DNA of 63,745 nt, filler included, from Collodictyon triciliatum (lineage: Eukaryota), in the NCBI GenBank assembly GCA_043381765.1. It is 4 parts of 4 records of this genome, joined end to end, with 100 filler letters (N's around TTAATTAATTAA, not from the genome) between each part and the next. Parts side by side here need not be neighbours in the genome. Positions count along the whole stretch, not along the records: positions 43,937 to 61,161 come from JBHJMP010001470.1; positions 61,262 to 63,745 come from JBHJMP010001637.1; 2 more parts are not named here. One strand, written 5' to 3'. Numbering within the stretch: the stretch's first letter is position 1; every line of letters begins with the position of its first letter. This document shows, one piece after another, positions 50,221 through 61,961 of the stretch. The position numbers and the translations under genes are program-made. The notes under the pieces were generated by a model that worked only from the letters and a program-made list of their open reading frames with translations, had not been told where the DNA came from and did no database searches.

Positions 50221-50833
50221 TACATTTATCTTGCATTCCTCCTCTGCTTTTATCCTCTGTTGGGTTGCCGGGATACCCGGCACACTAAGCGGGCGGACAA
50301 ACATTCCATTTCTCATTTGTCGCTCAGCCTCACCCTTGTTTGGTGGAAGTAGATAAGCCTAAGCCAGGGAAAGCACGCAGCAATTTATAGGGCGCCCACG
50401 CACTGGGGAGTCTCAGAGTGGCTTTTATCCAGGGATGCATCACGAAAAGTCGTCGGGGAGAAAGCGGCGACTTGTCTCTTGTTCCCGTATCCGGAAGGCT
50501 GGCGAGGGTAGCTCCAGTCCGTGTTCACAAGAAGCTCGCCCATGTATGGTATGTCTACGCTGTCTGTCGCGCCCTGCTGGGCGTTGGGCTCATCGCAAAG
50601 CCGAAAGCAAAAGGGATTATCGGCAAAAAAATGGAGATGGAGATGAGAACAGGCAAAGAGCGAAAGCAACACCAGGTGAAGGGCTGCAGATCGAACTGAC
50701 ACATGAATAGTGAGCGCATATACAAGCATCAGAGGTCAATAGAAAAGGCGGCGTGTTTGCTACTGGGTGGGTGGAAAGGAACAGCGCTTCTAACCGCCCC
50801 TTTCCGCGGACAGGGTTTTATTTGGCGATGCGT

Positions 50834-53611
50834 CTAGTTGTGCTTGGTGACCTTATAGGTGATGCCCAGATCCGCTCCACGGACGGTGCCTTCGTAGTTG
50901 AGGAGAATGTCCTGCGCAAACTCTTCGACTCCCGGATACGGCGCATTCTTTGCTGCCTCGGTCTCCTGGTCGACCTTCTCGCGGATGGTGCGCTCGATGG
51001 CCTGTGAAGAAGGGAGGACGTTCACCAGCTCAGTGAGAAGAGCAAAAAGCAGGCGCGAAAGATAGACAAGGGCGTATAACCAATCTCTGGGTTGGGGAAT
51101 GAAACCTTAATCTCTTCCTCTGTCTGGAATCCGTTCTTGAGGAGAAGACCCTTGACATAGGAAATCGGGTCGCTGTTCTGGCGCATGGAGTTGACCTCAT
51201 CGCGGGTGCGATAGGTGGTTCCAGGGTCGCTCATGGAGTGTCCTGAGTGTGATTGAGTGATTGAGTGATTGAGTGATTGTGTGATGAAGTGATGAAGTGA
51301 TGAAGTGATTGTGTGATTGTGTGATTGTGTGATTGTGTGATTGTGTGATTGTGTGATGAATTAAGTGATGAAGCGGAAAAAAAATTAGGAAACCCATTCA
51401 CCTTGGTAACGGTAGGTGTTCATTTCCATGATGATTGGGCCGTGTTCGCGGGCATAGTTGGCAGCGAAACGGGTTCCCTCACGCACAGCAAAGACGTCCA
51501 TACCATCAATCTAGTAGCATGTTTAGACAGTCAGGAGCAAGAATAAGATTGACGAGATGATGATTTCTGTTCCAATATGTTTTGCTTCGTACGAGATAGA
51601 CCAATAAGTAGGCCGGCCAAAAATAAGACAAAGAAATATCTCATGTAACAAAAGACACCTTGATGCCAGGAATGTATTCTCCTCTCTTGTAGAAGTTTCC
51701 GTGGGCAGCAGCACGGGAGACAGATGTTCCCATTCCGTAGCGGTTGTTCTCGCAGACATAGACAACTGGCAGCTTCCACAACTTGGCCATGTTGTAGGCT
51801 TCGAAAATTTGACCCTGTAATGATGACAAAATTAGTGAAGGTGTCTCGATGTATGACTTTGTAACTACAGGGCACTCGAGGGACTTACATTCATCGGGAT
51901 GACAACTAATGTATGTTTAAAAAAAATAATCAAAAAATAGGTAATGTACCTGGTTAGCAGCTCCATCTCCATAGAAGGTCAGGCAAACACCTCCAGTCTT
52001 GCGGTATTTGCATCCGAAGGCGATACTGTATATGTAGACATGGGTAAATACGAGCAAGTTCTATTGTCAATTACCATAAGTAACAAGATATAGTTGGTTG
52101 GCTCCATTTTATGTACAAATATTCGAGAGCAAATGCTTGTACACAGACTACAAATAGGAGGAATAGCCCTTTTGATATGTCACAATCATCATATGTTTAT
52201 ATGTAGAAGTCTAACTAAGGAGGAAAACAAGGACAAACCCCGTTCCCAAAGGTCCCTGTGCGCCAACGATTCCGTGACCGCCCCAGAATCCCTTCTCAGG
52301 AAGGTACATGTGCATGGAGCCACCCTAGTTAGATGATAACGAGTGATGTAGAGTAGAATGATAGTGTTCATTGATCAGAATGAAATGATAGAGAAGGATG
52401 AGGCAGTGGTGGCCATCTGTATGCTGTAATATTTTTAGATGATTTCTTTGTTGCCAGACAAGTGAGGCAGAAATGAGCTACGAACCTTTCCGCGTGAGCA
52501 GCCAGTGACGCGACCCATCAGCTCGGCCAGAATGCGCTCTCCGCTGTCCCCGCAGACAATTTGGTGGGCATGGTCACGATAGGCAGTGATCATGTGGTCG
52601 ACCGGCTTCAAGGCAGCCTTGGCTCCGACTGCGACAGCCTCCTGCAAGGATTCAGAACCACAACAAAAATATGATAATTAAATAAGTGGGTTAACTGAGG
52701 GAGCAATAAGACGTGCATGATCTCATCCACAACTCTATGCAATATATATATATATATTATATTTTAAAGCAGGCAAATGGAGGGCCATGATAAAGTGATA
52801 ATTGTGAAAGGCAGTAGAAAGGCGGGCTAATTGTAGAATAGGAAGAGAGTCTCTCATCCCCGACGAACTTGGAGAAGGGGGAACAAGATGGAGTAGAGCA
52901 TCGTACCTGACCGATGTACAAGTGGCAGAAGCCGCGGATGAACTTGGCTTTGTAGAGGTTGTCCGAGGCTGTTTCAATGCGGCGGATATAGGTCATTGTC
53001 TTGAAGTAGTCGAGAAGCTCATCTTTGTTGGTCTCGGTCTGTGTAGGCAGCTGGGACTCGTCCAACAGGTGAGTCTCGTACGGAGTCTGGCGTCCAGGCG
53101 AATGAGAAGCAAAAAAGAAAAAGAACAACAAAGGGTGAGAGGTGTTTGGGATGGAAAATAAGCCTTTTTCAAAGGCAGGCACGGTACGATACTGCTTATC
53201 TCTAGGCCTGCTCATTGGATCGAGTGGGGAATAGGCAAGAAGTGCGAGATAATAGGTGAGATTTGTACAATGTGGGGGGTTGTTTGTGGAAAATAGAGTA
53301 AAGGAACATAAAGTATAAAACAAAAAGAGGAGACGAGAGCTCTTACAGTGATGGGCACAGTGATGTTCCCTGAAGTTGTGTATGCGCGGACGGCAACGGT
53401 TGCCTGCGATTGGGATGATCGGTAGCTGTCAGTCAGTTGGCAAGGAGAAAGAGAGTTGATCTGGTTGTTTGTCTTGGTAGAGAGACACTCGCCAAGTGAC
53501 TTTTGCATGTTCCTTTCTTCGTTTTGTTTTTGTTTTTGTTTCGTTTTGCAGGAAGGTGGGGTCATGTCGAACCTTTTGGACGTTGCCGAAAATTCGGGTG
53601 GCGATCATCAT
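50834..53611 (-). CDS. PDHA1: Pyruvate dehydrogenase E1 alpha subunit, mitochondrial
   Basis: [96 protein letters not shown]; presequence-like [13 protein letters not shown]. Confidence 0.96.
51246..51357. repeat. Compound octamer repeat GTGATTGA / GTGATGAA / GTGATTGT in a PDHA1 intron
   Basis: Read directly. Confidence 0.9.
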
Positions 53612-54389
53612 ACTAGTGGCTGTCAATATATTCGTCTAGGTTGACCTGTGAGGCGAAGGATTAAGCTTTGTGAATTGTGTGAGGCTGGCAAGTCGTGAGA
53701 GTGAAACGGGCTGTGCAGGAAAACTCTCATGCTTTACAAAACAGGCTTCCTGGGCTGGAAAGAAGCAGCAGAGTAGGGGCAGGAGGGGTAAGACTAAAGG
53801 AAACAAGAAAGAGATGATCTTTTGTTGAGGATGCAGTCATGGGAAGAAAGACATCAACACTAAGAGCAGACAGCAGCTGTGCTATTGTTATGTTATGTTT
53901 GATTATCTCGCAATCTGCGTATAGAGTATGGCTGCACTCTAGCGTGAAGTGAGGTTGTCAGACTTCAAACTGAGGAACCCCGAGGGTCAGTGCTCCGAAC
54001 AACTGGGACAGTCCTCTTATTGGGGAAAAAAAGAAGGCAGAAGGGGAGGAAGAAAAAGAAGAAGAAAGAGGCCGTCTGTGCATATTCATGATGCAAGTGG
54101 ACAAAAAGCGAGTAGGTGGCAGTGGGAAACACAGAGGCAGCGATCGGCGGGAAAGAAGGTGGCCCAACAGGAGATTGCACAGGCCCCTCGCAGCTTGTGG
54201 AGACCGGCGCTTTTCTCAAAGGCTTTAACTCACAGCTGCGCAAATACCTCGCCAAATGGCTCCCCAATGCAAGAGAATGAAGAAGAAAAGACTTAAAGAG
54301 GTCAAGAGACAAAAGGCTTTGAAGAGAAAAAGAAAAAGAGGCTGTGGGTCTCTGTTTTTCCTTTCAGAATTCCTGCCTATTATTTTTCT

Positions 54390-54394
54390 TTTTT

Positions 54395-54460
<66 letters not shown>
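54390..54460. repeat. Poly-T tract
   Basis: About 60 consecutive T. Confidence 0.95.
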
Positions 54461-55095
54461 CCTTGTCGGCAGCGTTTTCCTGCTTCTCCTAAACTCTTGC
54501 GTGTTTGTCTCTGCGTCTTTCCCGACCTCCACCTCCTCTCTCATCGCTGCTCGGATCGCCACGAGTGTGGGCGTCTTCTTCAAGTATGTCGGACTCATCG
54601 TGCCGCTCCCCGCACCTGACACGACGCTCGCTTAAAAGCATTGTGCACAGGAATGGGCGCGTCTGCAAGCGAAGGGACATTTCTAGTCCGTTTTGGGTGG
54701 GACACAATCGAGGACACAGGTGAACACCTGCCTCGCCACAGAAGGGCAGCCACATGATTAATCCTAATCTGGAATTTCACTTCCAAGGGCGGTGCGCGGC
54801 GAGTCGGTCTAAGTAGCAGGGAGTGGCATGGGGCGCTGCGTATCTCTGAGCACGTGGTCAGCAGGGCCTCGCCTGCGCGCTATACCGCCAGGATACAAGT
54901 TGGGCAACAATCGCGTTTTGATGTTTGAGTTTGTGTTTGATGTTTTATTCATGGTTTTTTTTTCTTCTTTTTTTGATATGCAGTATAGTACGGAAGACGT
55001 TGACAAGTGTATGGACGAGGTGGCTTGTGGGGAGAATTGGGGAAGCCAGCGACAGAATGCAGACGGTGCGGGAGCGTGTGGTGAGCGTCGCCTGT

Positions 55096-57673
55096 CTAGA
55101 ACATTCCGCCCATGCCGCCCATACCGCCACCCATGGGCATCGGGGGCTCCTTGTCCTCCTTGGGCAGCTCGACGACGGCGGCCTCGGCGGTGATCATCAG
55201 GGAGCTGACACTGCACGACAAGCAAGCAACGTAAGTGGGTGTGTGAGTAGACACGGGATTGTGGTCGGCAAAACAAAAGGGCGCAGCAGCAGACGCCACA
55301 CACGCGGGAAAGCAGGGCGAGAGAGGATACTGTAAATGGTATGGGGTGGTGGTGGGGCGGCACCTTGTGGCGTCGAGCAGGGCGGTGCGGACGACCTTTG
55401 TGGGGTCGATGATGCCGGCCTTGAACATGTCGACGTACTCGTCGGTCTGGGCGTTGTAGCCGAGGGAGGCGGTGAGCTCCTCCACCTTGCCGACGACGAC
55501 GGCGCCCTCGACCCCGGCGTTGGAGGCGATGGTTGCGATGGGCACGCGCAGGGCGTTCTGCACGATGCGGATGCCGACGTCCTGGGACATGTTGGGGCCC
55601 TTTGTGTCCCGCAGGATGCGCGAGGCCCTCAGCAGCGCCACGCCACCTCCGGGCACAATGCCCTCCTCGACGGCGGCGCGTGTGGCGCACAGGGCGTCTG
55701 TGACGCGGTCCTTCTTCTCGTTCATCTCCACCTCCGAGGCTCCGCCCACCTTCAGCACCGCCACGCCGTGCGACAGCTTCGCCAGGCGCTCCTGCAGCTT
55801 CTCGCGCTCGTACTCGCTGGTCGTCTGTCCAATCAGGTCCCGCAGCAGCCCGCAGCGCTCCTCGATGGCCTTGCGGCCCCCGGCGCCTTCCATGATGATC
55901 GTGTCGTCCTTGGAGATCGAGATCTTCTTGGCGCTGCCCAGGATCTCGTCCAGATTCGGGTTGTCGGGGTGGTCCGGGTTGTTGGGGTCGCCCAGGCCGC
56001 CTTCCAGCTTCAGTCCCAGCTCGTCGCTCACCAGCTGTGAATTGTGTGCGAGGGCAAGTTAGTCGTGGGGCGAGACAAACACCTTATCTGTGGTTAGGCC
56101 GTGTGAATGTTTGGGTGTGCGTACCTGGCCGCCAGTGAGGATGGCAAGGTCCTCCAGTTGCGACTTGCGGTTGTCGCCAAAGCCAGGGGCCTTGACAGCA
56201 GCCACACGCACGATGCCGCGCAGCTTGTTGATGATCAGTGTGTTGAGTGCATCGCCCTCCACATCCTCGGCCACGATGACGAGCGGCTTGTTGATGCGCA
56301 CGATGTGGTTGAGAACTGGTGCCAGGTGCATGAAGGATGTCACCTTCTTGTCCACAAGCAACAACTTGGCGTCCTCAAACTCGGTCTTCTGAGTCTTGAC
56401 GTCGGTCAGGAAGTGGCGCGAAATGTAACCGCGGTCAAACTTCATGCCTTCGATCACCTCCAGTTCGTTGACGAGGGTCTTGCCTTCCTGTAGTGGGGGT
56501 TGGTGTGTTGTGGTGAGTGGTAAGCAACATTCTCGAGGGAGGGAGGGGGGTGGGTGGGTCACACGAAAGAGAGGCTGACATAGAGGATTGACGGAAGACA
56601 GCTACTTACTGCGACAGTGATGACGCCTTCCTTGCCGACCTTCTCCATGGCACTGGCGATGAGGTCTCCAATTTCAGCGTCAGAGTTTGCCGAGATGGTG
56701 GCAACCTTATGCGTTCAGATGGGTTATTTTAACTAAGAGCCTCAACGAGTTGCTACACCAGCCTCCAATGGTTCAAACTGTGCCTCCACATAGAATCCAA
56801 AGGGGTTTAAGGCTGATCATACCTGAGCAATCTCCTCACGGGTGGTGACGGTCTTCGTCATTTGACGGAGCTGGTCGACGACTTTCTGGACGGCGAAGTT
56901 CATGCCGCGGCGAATGTCCTCGGGGTTCATTCCGGCAGCGACAGCCTTGAAACCCTCCTGGCAGAGAGCCTGGGTAAGAACGGTAGCTGTGGTCGTTCCG
57001 TCTCCGGCAATGTCGTTGGTCTTCGAGGCGACCTGGCGAACAAGCTGGGCACCGAGGTTCTCATACTTGTCCTTCAGCTCGATATGCTTGGCGACTGTCA
57101 CACCGTCCTTGGTGATCTTTGGAGCTCCGAACGATTGTTCTAGGATGACATTTCTGCCCTGTGGGTGAGCGAGGTCACGTGAGTGAGTATAAGCCCAGGG
57201 CACATAGAGACCCTCTCAGGGCGGAGGTGGGTTAGCGGGCAGCGGACTTACCTTGGGCCCTAGTGTGACCTTGACTGCATTAGCGAGCTTGTCAACTCCT
57301 GCCAGCATTCCCTGGCGGGCGGCCATTCCGAAGCGGACGTCCTTGGCGGCGTAGAATCTCGCATTCTTCCGGAGCGTGGACTAAGAATCGTATTAAAGAA
57401 AGTTGTGGGTTAATACTTGTCCCCCGTAGGCGTGCTCTGTCACTCGGAATAGTTTCAGAGGGTGTTGGGAATATGGACTTCGTTTGTCGAAATCCTTCAG
57501 TGTAACTATGACTATATTGAACCACCATATGGTTTTGTCTGGCCAAAGTTTTTCATCACGAGGGCAATACGGGCATCGAGCACCGGGGTAAAAGTTTGTT
57601 TCTCAGTGTTCATAAAATGGTGACTTACAGTAAGTGGAGACGCCTTGTGCAGCATCGAACCAGAGCCCAGCAT
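55096..57673 (-). CDS. HSP60: Mitochondrial chaperonin Hsp60 (cpn60)
   Basis: Presequence ...[83 protein letters not shown]-terminal tail. Confidence 0.97.
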
Positions 57674-58491
57674 GCTGTAGCGAAGGTAGTGGTTAGTGGG
57701 ATAGAGTCTACATTGTTGTGCGCATATGGTGCTTCTAACTCTGTGGCCTGTGGGACTTGTGTTTTGCATTGGGGCCGCTCATTGCAGACCACACTTGCAT
57801 CCCTCGTCTTGTGCTTCGTCCTAGTCTTCCGTGGCGATTCGTGGTTGTCCATAGGGAAAGTCGCCGGCTCCTGAATAAAAACCACAGTGGCCTGAAGTTC
57901 TCGTTCCAAAGCTGGAAGCGACTATGACCCTTTGCACAAGCACTGTGCGTCATTAATTCCAGAATCTTCTGCTAGACCACAACCAGAAGGTGCTGGAACA
58001 TTCGCCATTCATCCACAAGCCCCAATTGGGTGCGAATTTGGGATATAATCTGGAAAATATAATGATATCATATTTGATTTATCTATTTGCGTTATATACA
58101 TTACTTATAATCAATATATATTGGATAATATTTATATCAATCAATTAATATGAAATTTGTTGCGATTCATCAAACATCTGGTGTGTTGTCGCTATTTACA
58201 TCTCGCAATGCGAAGTATGCCAAGATCGACAGATCTGATCCAAGTCGCAAGGGAGCACAGCGCCAAACAACTTTGCTCGGTGTCAAAGAGTCTCCCACAG
58301 CCGCCCAAGAAAAGATTCCTGATCTAAACTACGCTCGGGAAGCATTGCGATGTAAGGCAGAATCCTTAAATTCTTCCTCTTTATATTTCTTTCAATGATC
58401 GTTATGAAGCTGAGCCACCTTGTTTTCCCCATCTTTTTCCTTCTATTGGCTATTTCAACCTTTGAGCCTATATGATGTGGGTTTTAGAAAA

Positions 58492-60287
58492 ATGCTATGT
58501 CCAAAAACAAAATTCATTCACCGGAAATACAGGAGGAGGATTGGGTTTAGACATGCAATCTCTGTTACCGCAGTGTTTTTCTTCTTTTCCTTCGCTATGA
58601 CGGTGGTTAAAATTCTCAATATCATTTCGGTGCCTCTCGAATGTCCACCAACCCAAACATTTGTTTTAAATAATCAAGTATCCAAAGGACAAGATTTTGA
58701 GTATGGACCCAGGATCGATAACGTATTCAATTATTTTTAATTATTCTCTCGTCGACTTCACAATGGGTTTGATACGTGTCTATAATTATGGTTCAGCAAA
58801 ACCTTATGAATCTTTGTAACAGAACCAAATGGATAAAAGTATCGAAGCCTACATAGCGTTCCATAACACAGCTTTGCGGAGAGAAAACATATCGGACCTG
58901 CGATTTGTTGTTTATGTGGAGAATATTGGTGGAATAGGGAATCACTTCCTACCCATGGTCTCGACTTTAGCGTATGCAATGCTGACAAATAGGATATACC
59001 TACAGCACAAGGTTTGAACATTTTTTTTTAAATTTTTGAAGCATTACCCTCCCTTCCTTTGAATCGAATAAAGGATTTTTTTGAAGTATTCTTTTGAATG
59101 GTTCCATCTTAAGAAGATAAGATATTTCCAAAAAAAACAACAACAACAACTATCTAACCCAAGCAGTGTCTTATTATCTCAATGGACATGAAAGATTGCT
59201 TTCTACTCATCTTTTAGATTCATATTTTTTTTCAAAAGGTCAACGTGTCCGGGGCACCTATGTCCAGTCTATTCAAATCATCATTTAATACAGTTGAGTT
59301 AGAAGATGTTGCCAATAAGCTTAGGTGTGAAAGTTATATCTCGTCTGGGTGTCGTTTTCTTATCTTAGTTCTGCTTTACCCTTCTATGCATTCATTTTTT
59401 CTCGTAAATATAAAAAATAATTTTTTTTGTCATAAATAGACATAATACTAAATTTTTGATGTTGACTTTATCAATTTTTCAGAAGTTCACCACAAGAGAT
59501 TTTAATGGATTCGAATACACTTCACATATCACTGAGGCATAAATATTCAAACACCAGTTGGGAATTGGCGCATTGCCAGAATACTCTCAACGATACACAC
59601 CAATTCATCAAGTATTTTTCAAACCAGTACTTTCTTCCAACAATTACTCACAATCCACACTTCAAAGAGAAAGTGATGGAGTTATTTGGAGATAATTATT
59701 ATGAAGGCAACGTTGATTTGTATGGCCCCCTGTCAAGAATCTTATTTCAGCCCCTACCGTATGTTAAAAGTCTAGTGGACAACTTTGTTCGAAATCACTT
59801 TCGTAAGCACATGATTGGTGTTCAATTACGAAAAGAGTTTCTGAATTTCCAAGGATGGGATATATTATGGCTAAATGCAATTCAAAAAATTCGAGCACTC
59901 CAGTATCCGCAAGAAATCAATCCAAATGACATAGGAATCTTTCTAGCTAGTGACCATAATATCACCTTAATCGAGCAATTGTGGCCATCAGAGCACATTG
60001 TTTCGATAAAGAAACCACCAGGAAGGTCAAAAAAGGCACAGTTATATGCGGTGTTAGATATCCTCTTACTCTCGAAAACCAATAGCTTGATAATCACCGA
60101 ACATTCAACATTTGGAAGTAGTGCTGCAGGATTTGGTTCTATTACGCCTCTTGCTATGACAAGACAAGGGATGTGCAGGATATATCTAAATTCACAGCCT
60201 CATTGCCACTATTGTGAGTTTGTCAAAAAAACATCATGCTTTCATCCTTCTTACTGGTACTCCTTGGATAACATCATCGAAGGATAA
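58492..60287 (+). CDS. Type II membrane fucosyltransferase, GT37 (xyloglucan FUT)-like
   Basis: N-terminal basic stretch plus TM; GGIGNH..MVSTLAYAMLTNR; SNQYFLP; IGVQLR; FLASD; AVLDILLLSKTNSLIITEHSTFGSSAAGFG, matching the alpha-1,2/1,6/O-FucT superfamily motifs I-III. Confidence 0.75.
59033..59090 (+). mobile_element. Micro-insertion of LINE 3' end with TSD, intronic
   Basis: accctcccttcctttgaatcgaataaaggatt between tttttgaagcatt (59033-59045) and tttttgaagtatt (59078-59090). Confidence 0.8.
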
Positions 60288-60712
60288 CGGAAAAAAAAGG
60301 AGAAAATTTTGGATATTCTCTTAATATTTTCTTCGATTACAATTCTATGTGAAATCAAAGAGATAACCTAAGGGTCTTTATTTTTTCTTTTCGTTTTCAC
60401 GCCGGATATAATATCTTCTCTCTTCAGATTTGTTCAATAAAATCATCACCCGAATTGAAATTTGAAAAGTCCAAATGATGGAAGTTTAATTTCGAAATAT
60501 CCGGATAAAAATTGAAATGGGCTCATTGGATTACATATTGATAGAGAAACGCAATCGACGCAGAAAGCGATTAAAATTATCTCAAGAAGGTGCTGACCGA
60601 AAGTTAAAACTCTATTATGAAAATATTATTCTTAATTAATACCTGGACCTCTTATTTGTGGTTATCTGTAATAATGTTTGATTACCTGTAATTATTTCCT
60701 TCAATCACGAAG

Positions 60713-60796
60713 CCGCTCATAGCTCAGTTGGTAGAGCGGAGGACTGTAGTGTACAAAGTCATCCTTAGGTCACTGGTTCGATTCCGGTTGAGCGGA
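60713..60796 (+). tRNA. tRNA-Tyr(GTA) with 11-nt intron (60750-60760)
   Basis: Acceptor stem CCGCTCA/TGAGCGG with discriminator A; D arm GCTC/GAGC; anticodon arm GAGGA-CT-GTA-G[intron]A-TCCTT; T arm ACTGG-TTCGATT-CCGGT; downstream T-run terminator. Confidence 0.96.
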
Positions 60797-61044
60797 CTCT
60801 TTTTGCCTCTTTGGTGCATGATTCCGTTGCGTCAGATTAGGATTGAACCTTTTTTTCCCTCGTGTTTCATTCATTCGCTTTCCCTGCGATCAAACACCCA
60901 TTAAACACCTTGCCTCCGCAAATAACCAGCTCGAAGAACAACCATCGCCCGGCTGGACACAGTCCCCGCGTTGCGGTCTTTGAACTTGGTGTTAGACTCT
61001 GAATTTTTTTTGGCTTTAGCATAAACAAAAAACAAAAAAACAAA

Positions 61045-61161
61045 ACAAAACAAAAAAAAACCAAAAACCAATAAAACCAATAAAACCAATAAAACCAATA
61101 AAACCAATAAAACCAATAAAACCAATAAAACCAATAAAACCAATAAAACCAATAAAACCAA
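61045..61161. repeat. (AAAACCAAT)n 9-mer repeat at contig edge
   Basis: Read directly. Confidence 0.9.
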
Positions 61162-61261
61162 NNNNNNNNNNNNNNNNNNNNNNNNNNNNNNNNNNNNNNN
61201 NNNNNTTAATTAATTAANNNNNNNNNNNNNNNNNNNNNNNNNNNNNNNNNNNNNNNNNNNN
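61162..61261. other. Artificial scaffold spacer
   Basis: N44-TTAATTAATTAA-N44. Confidence 0.95.
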
Positions 61262-61385
61262 TTGTTTTATTGTTTTATTGTTTTATTGTTTTATTGTTTT
61301 ATTGTTTTATTGTTTTATTGTTTTATTGTTTTATTGTTTTATTGTTTTATTGTTTTATTGTTTTATTGTTTATTCGACTCAAAGT
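61262..61385 (-). repeat. (TTTTATTG)n array abutting a LINE 3'-end micro-copy
   Basis: Minus strand reads CTTTGAGTCGAATAAA-(CAATAAAA)n. Confidence 0.8.
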
Positions 61386-61961
61386 TTATTATTCTTTATT
61401 ATTCTTTTCTGTCCTTTTTCTTGCAAAGTCATATGCATTTTAAAATTATGTGAGTGTTAGCAATTCAATGATAAGCATGGTAGTATCACATCGCCACGCG
61501 TGATACCATATACCTATTTTTCCTTCTTTTTTATTCCTTTTTTTTTTTGAGATTTGATAATAAACACCATACCTCAACATACCAATATGTAATTCCTCAA
61601 GAAAAAGGTTCATCCAATCGAAATAGTAAACGCCATAGCACAACTACCGGATTTTTTTTAAAAAAAAAAAAACCTTGCAGAAAACTTGCGAGAAGAGAAA
61701 GCACCTGAAGTACTGATAACATGCTAATCTCTTACATAAACAATAATAAATCATGCGAATCTGACTTGCAGGAAGTAAAATTATGTGTGTTTATGCCATT
61801 ATTTGTAAACGAAAGGAATAGGAAATGGTAGTAAACTCCATTTAATATGAACATATTATGTAACCGTGCTCTCATCTTAATTCTTTTTATGAAAGAGGAT
61901 TTTCATGAAACCCACTCTGTAAAAATAAAAAAAGAGAACCTCCGAATCCAAGAAAGGAGCG

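Noticed and set aside
54489-54755. Short GC-rich ORFs between PDHA1 and HSP60
   Set aside because: No recognisable homology or consistent splice model.
54809-56062. Long alternative-frame and antisense ORFs over HSP60 (and similarly over RPS27A)
   Set aside because: Shadow ORFs caused by high GC3 codon bias.
60901-61000. Possible terminal exon (SNTKFKDRNAGTVSSRAMVVLRAGYLRRQGV*) on the minus strand
   Set aside because: Any upstream exons would lie beyond the spacer; cannot be supported.
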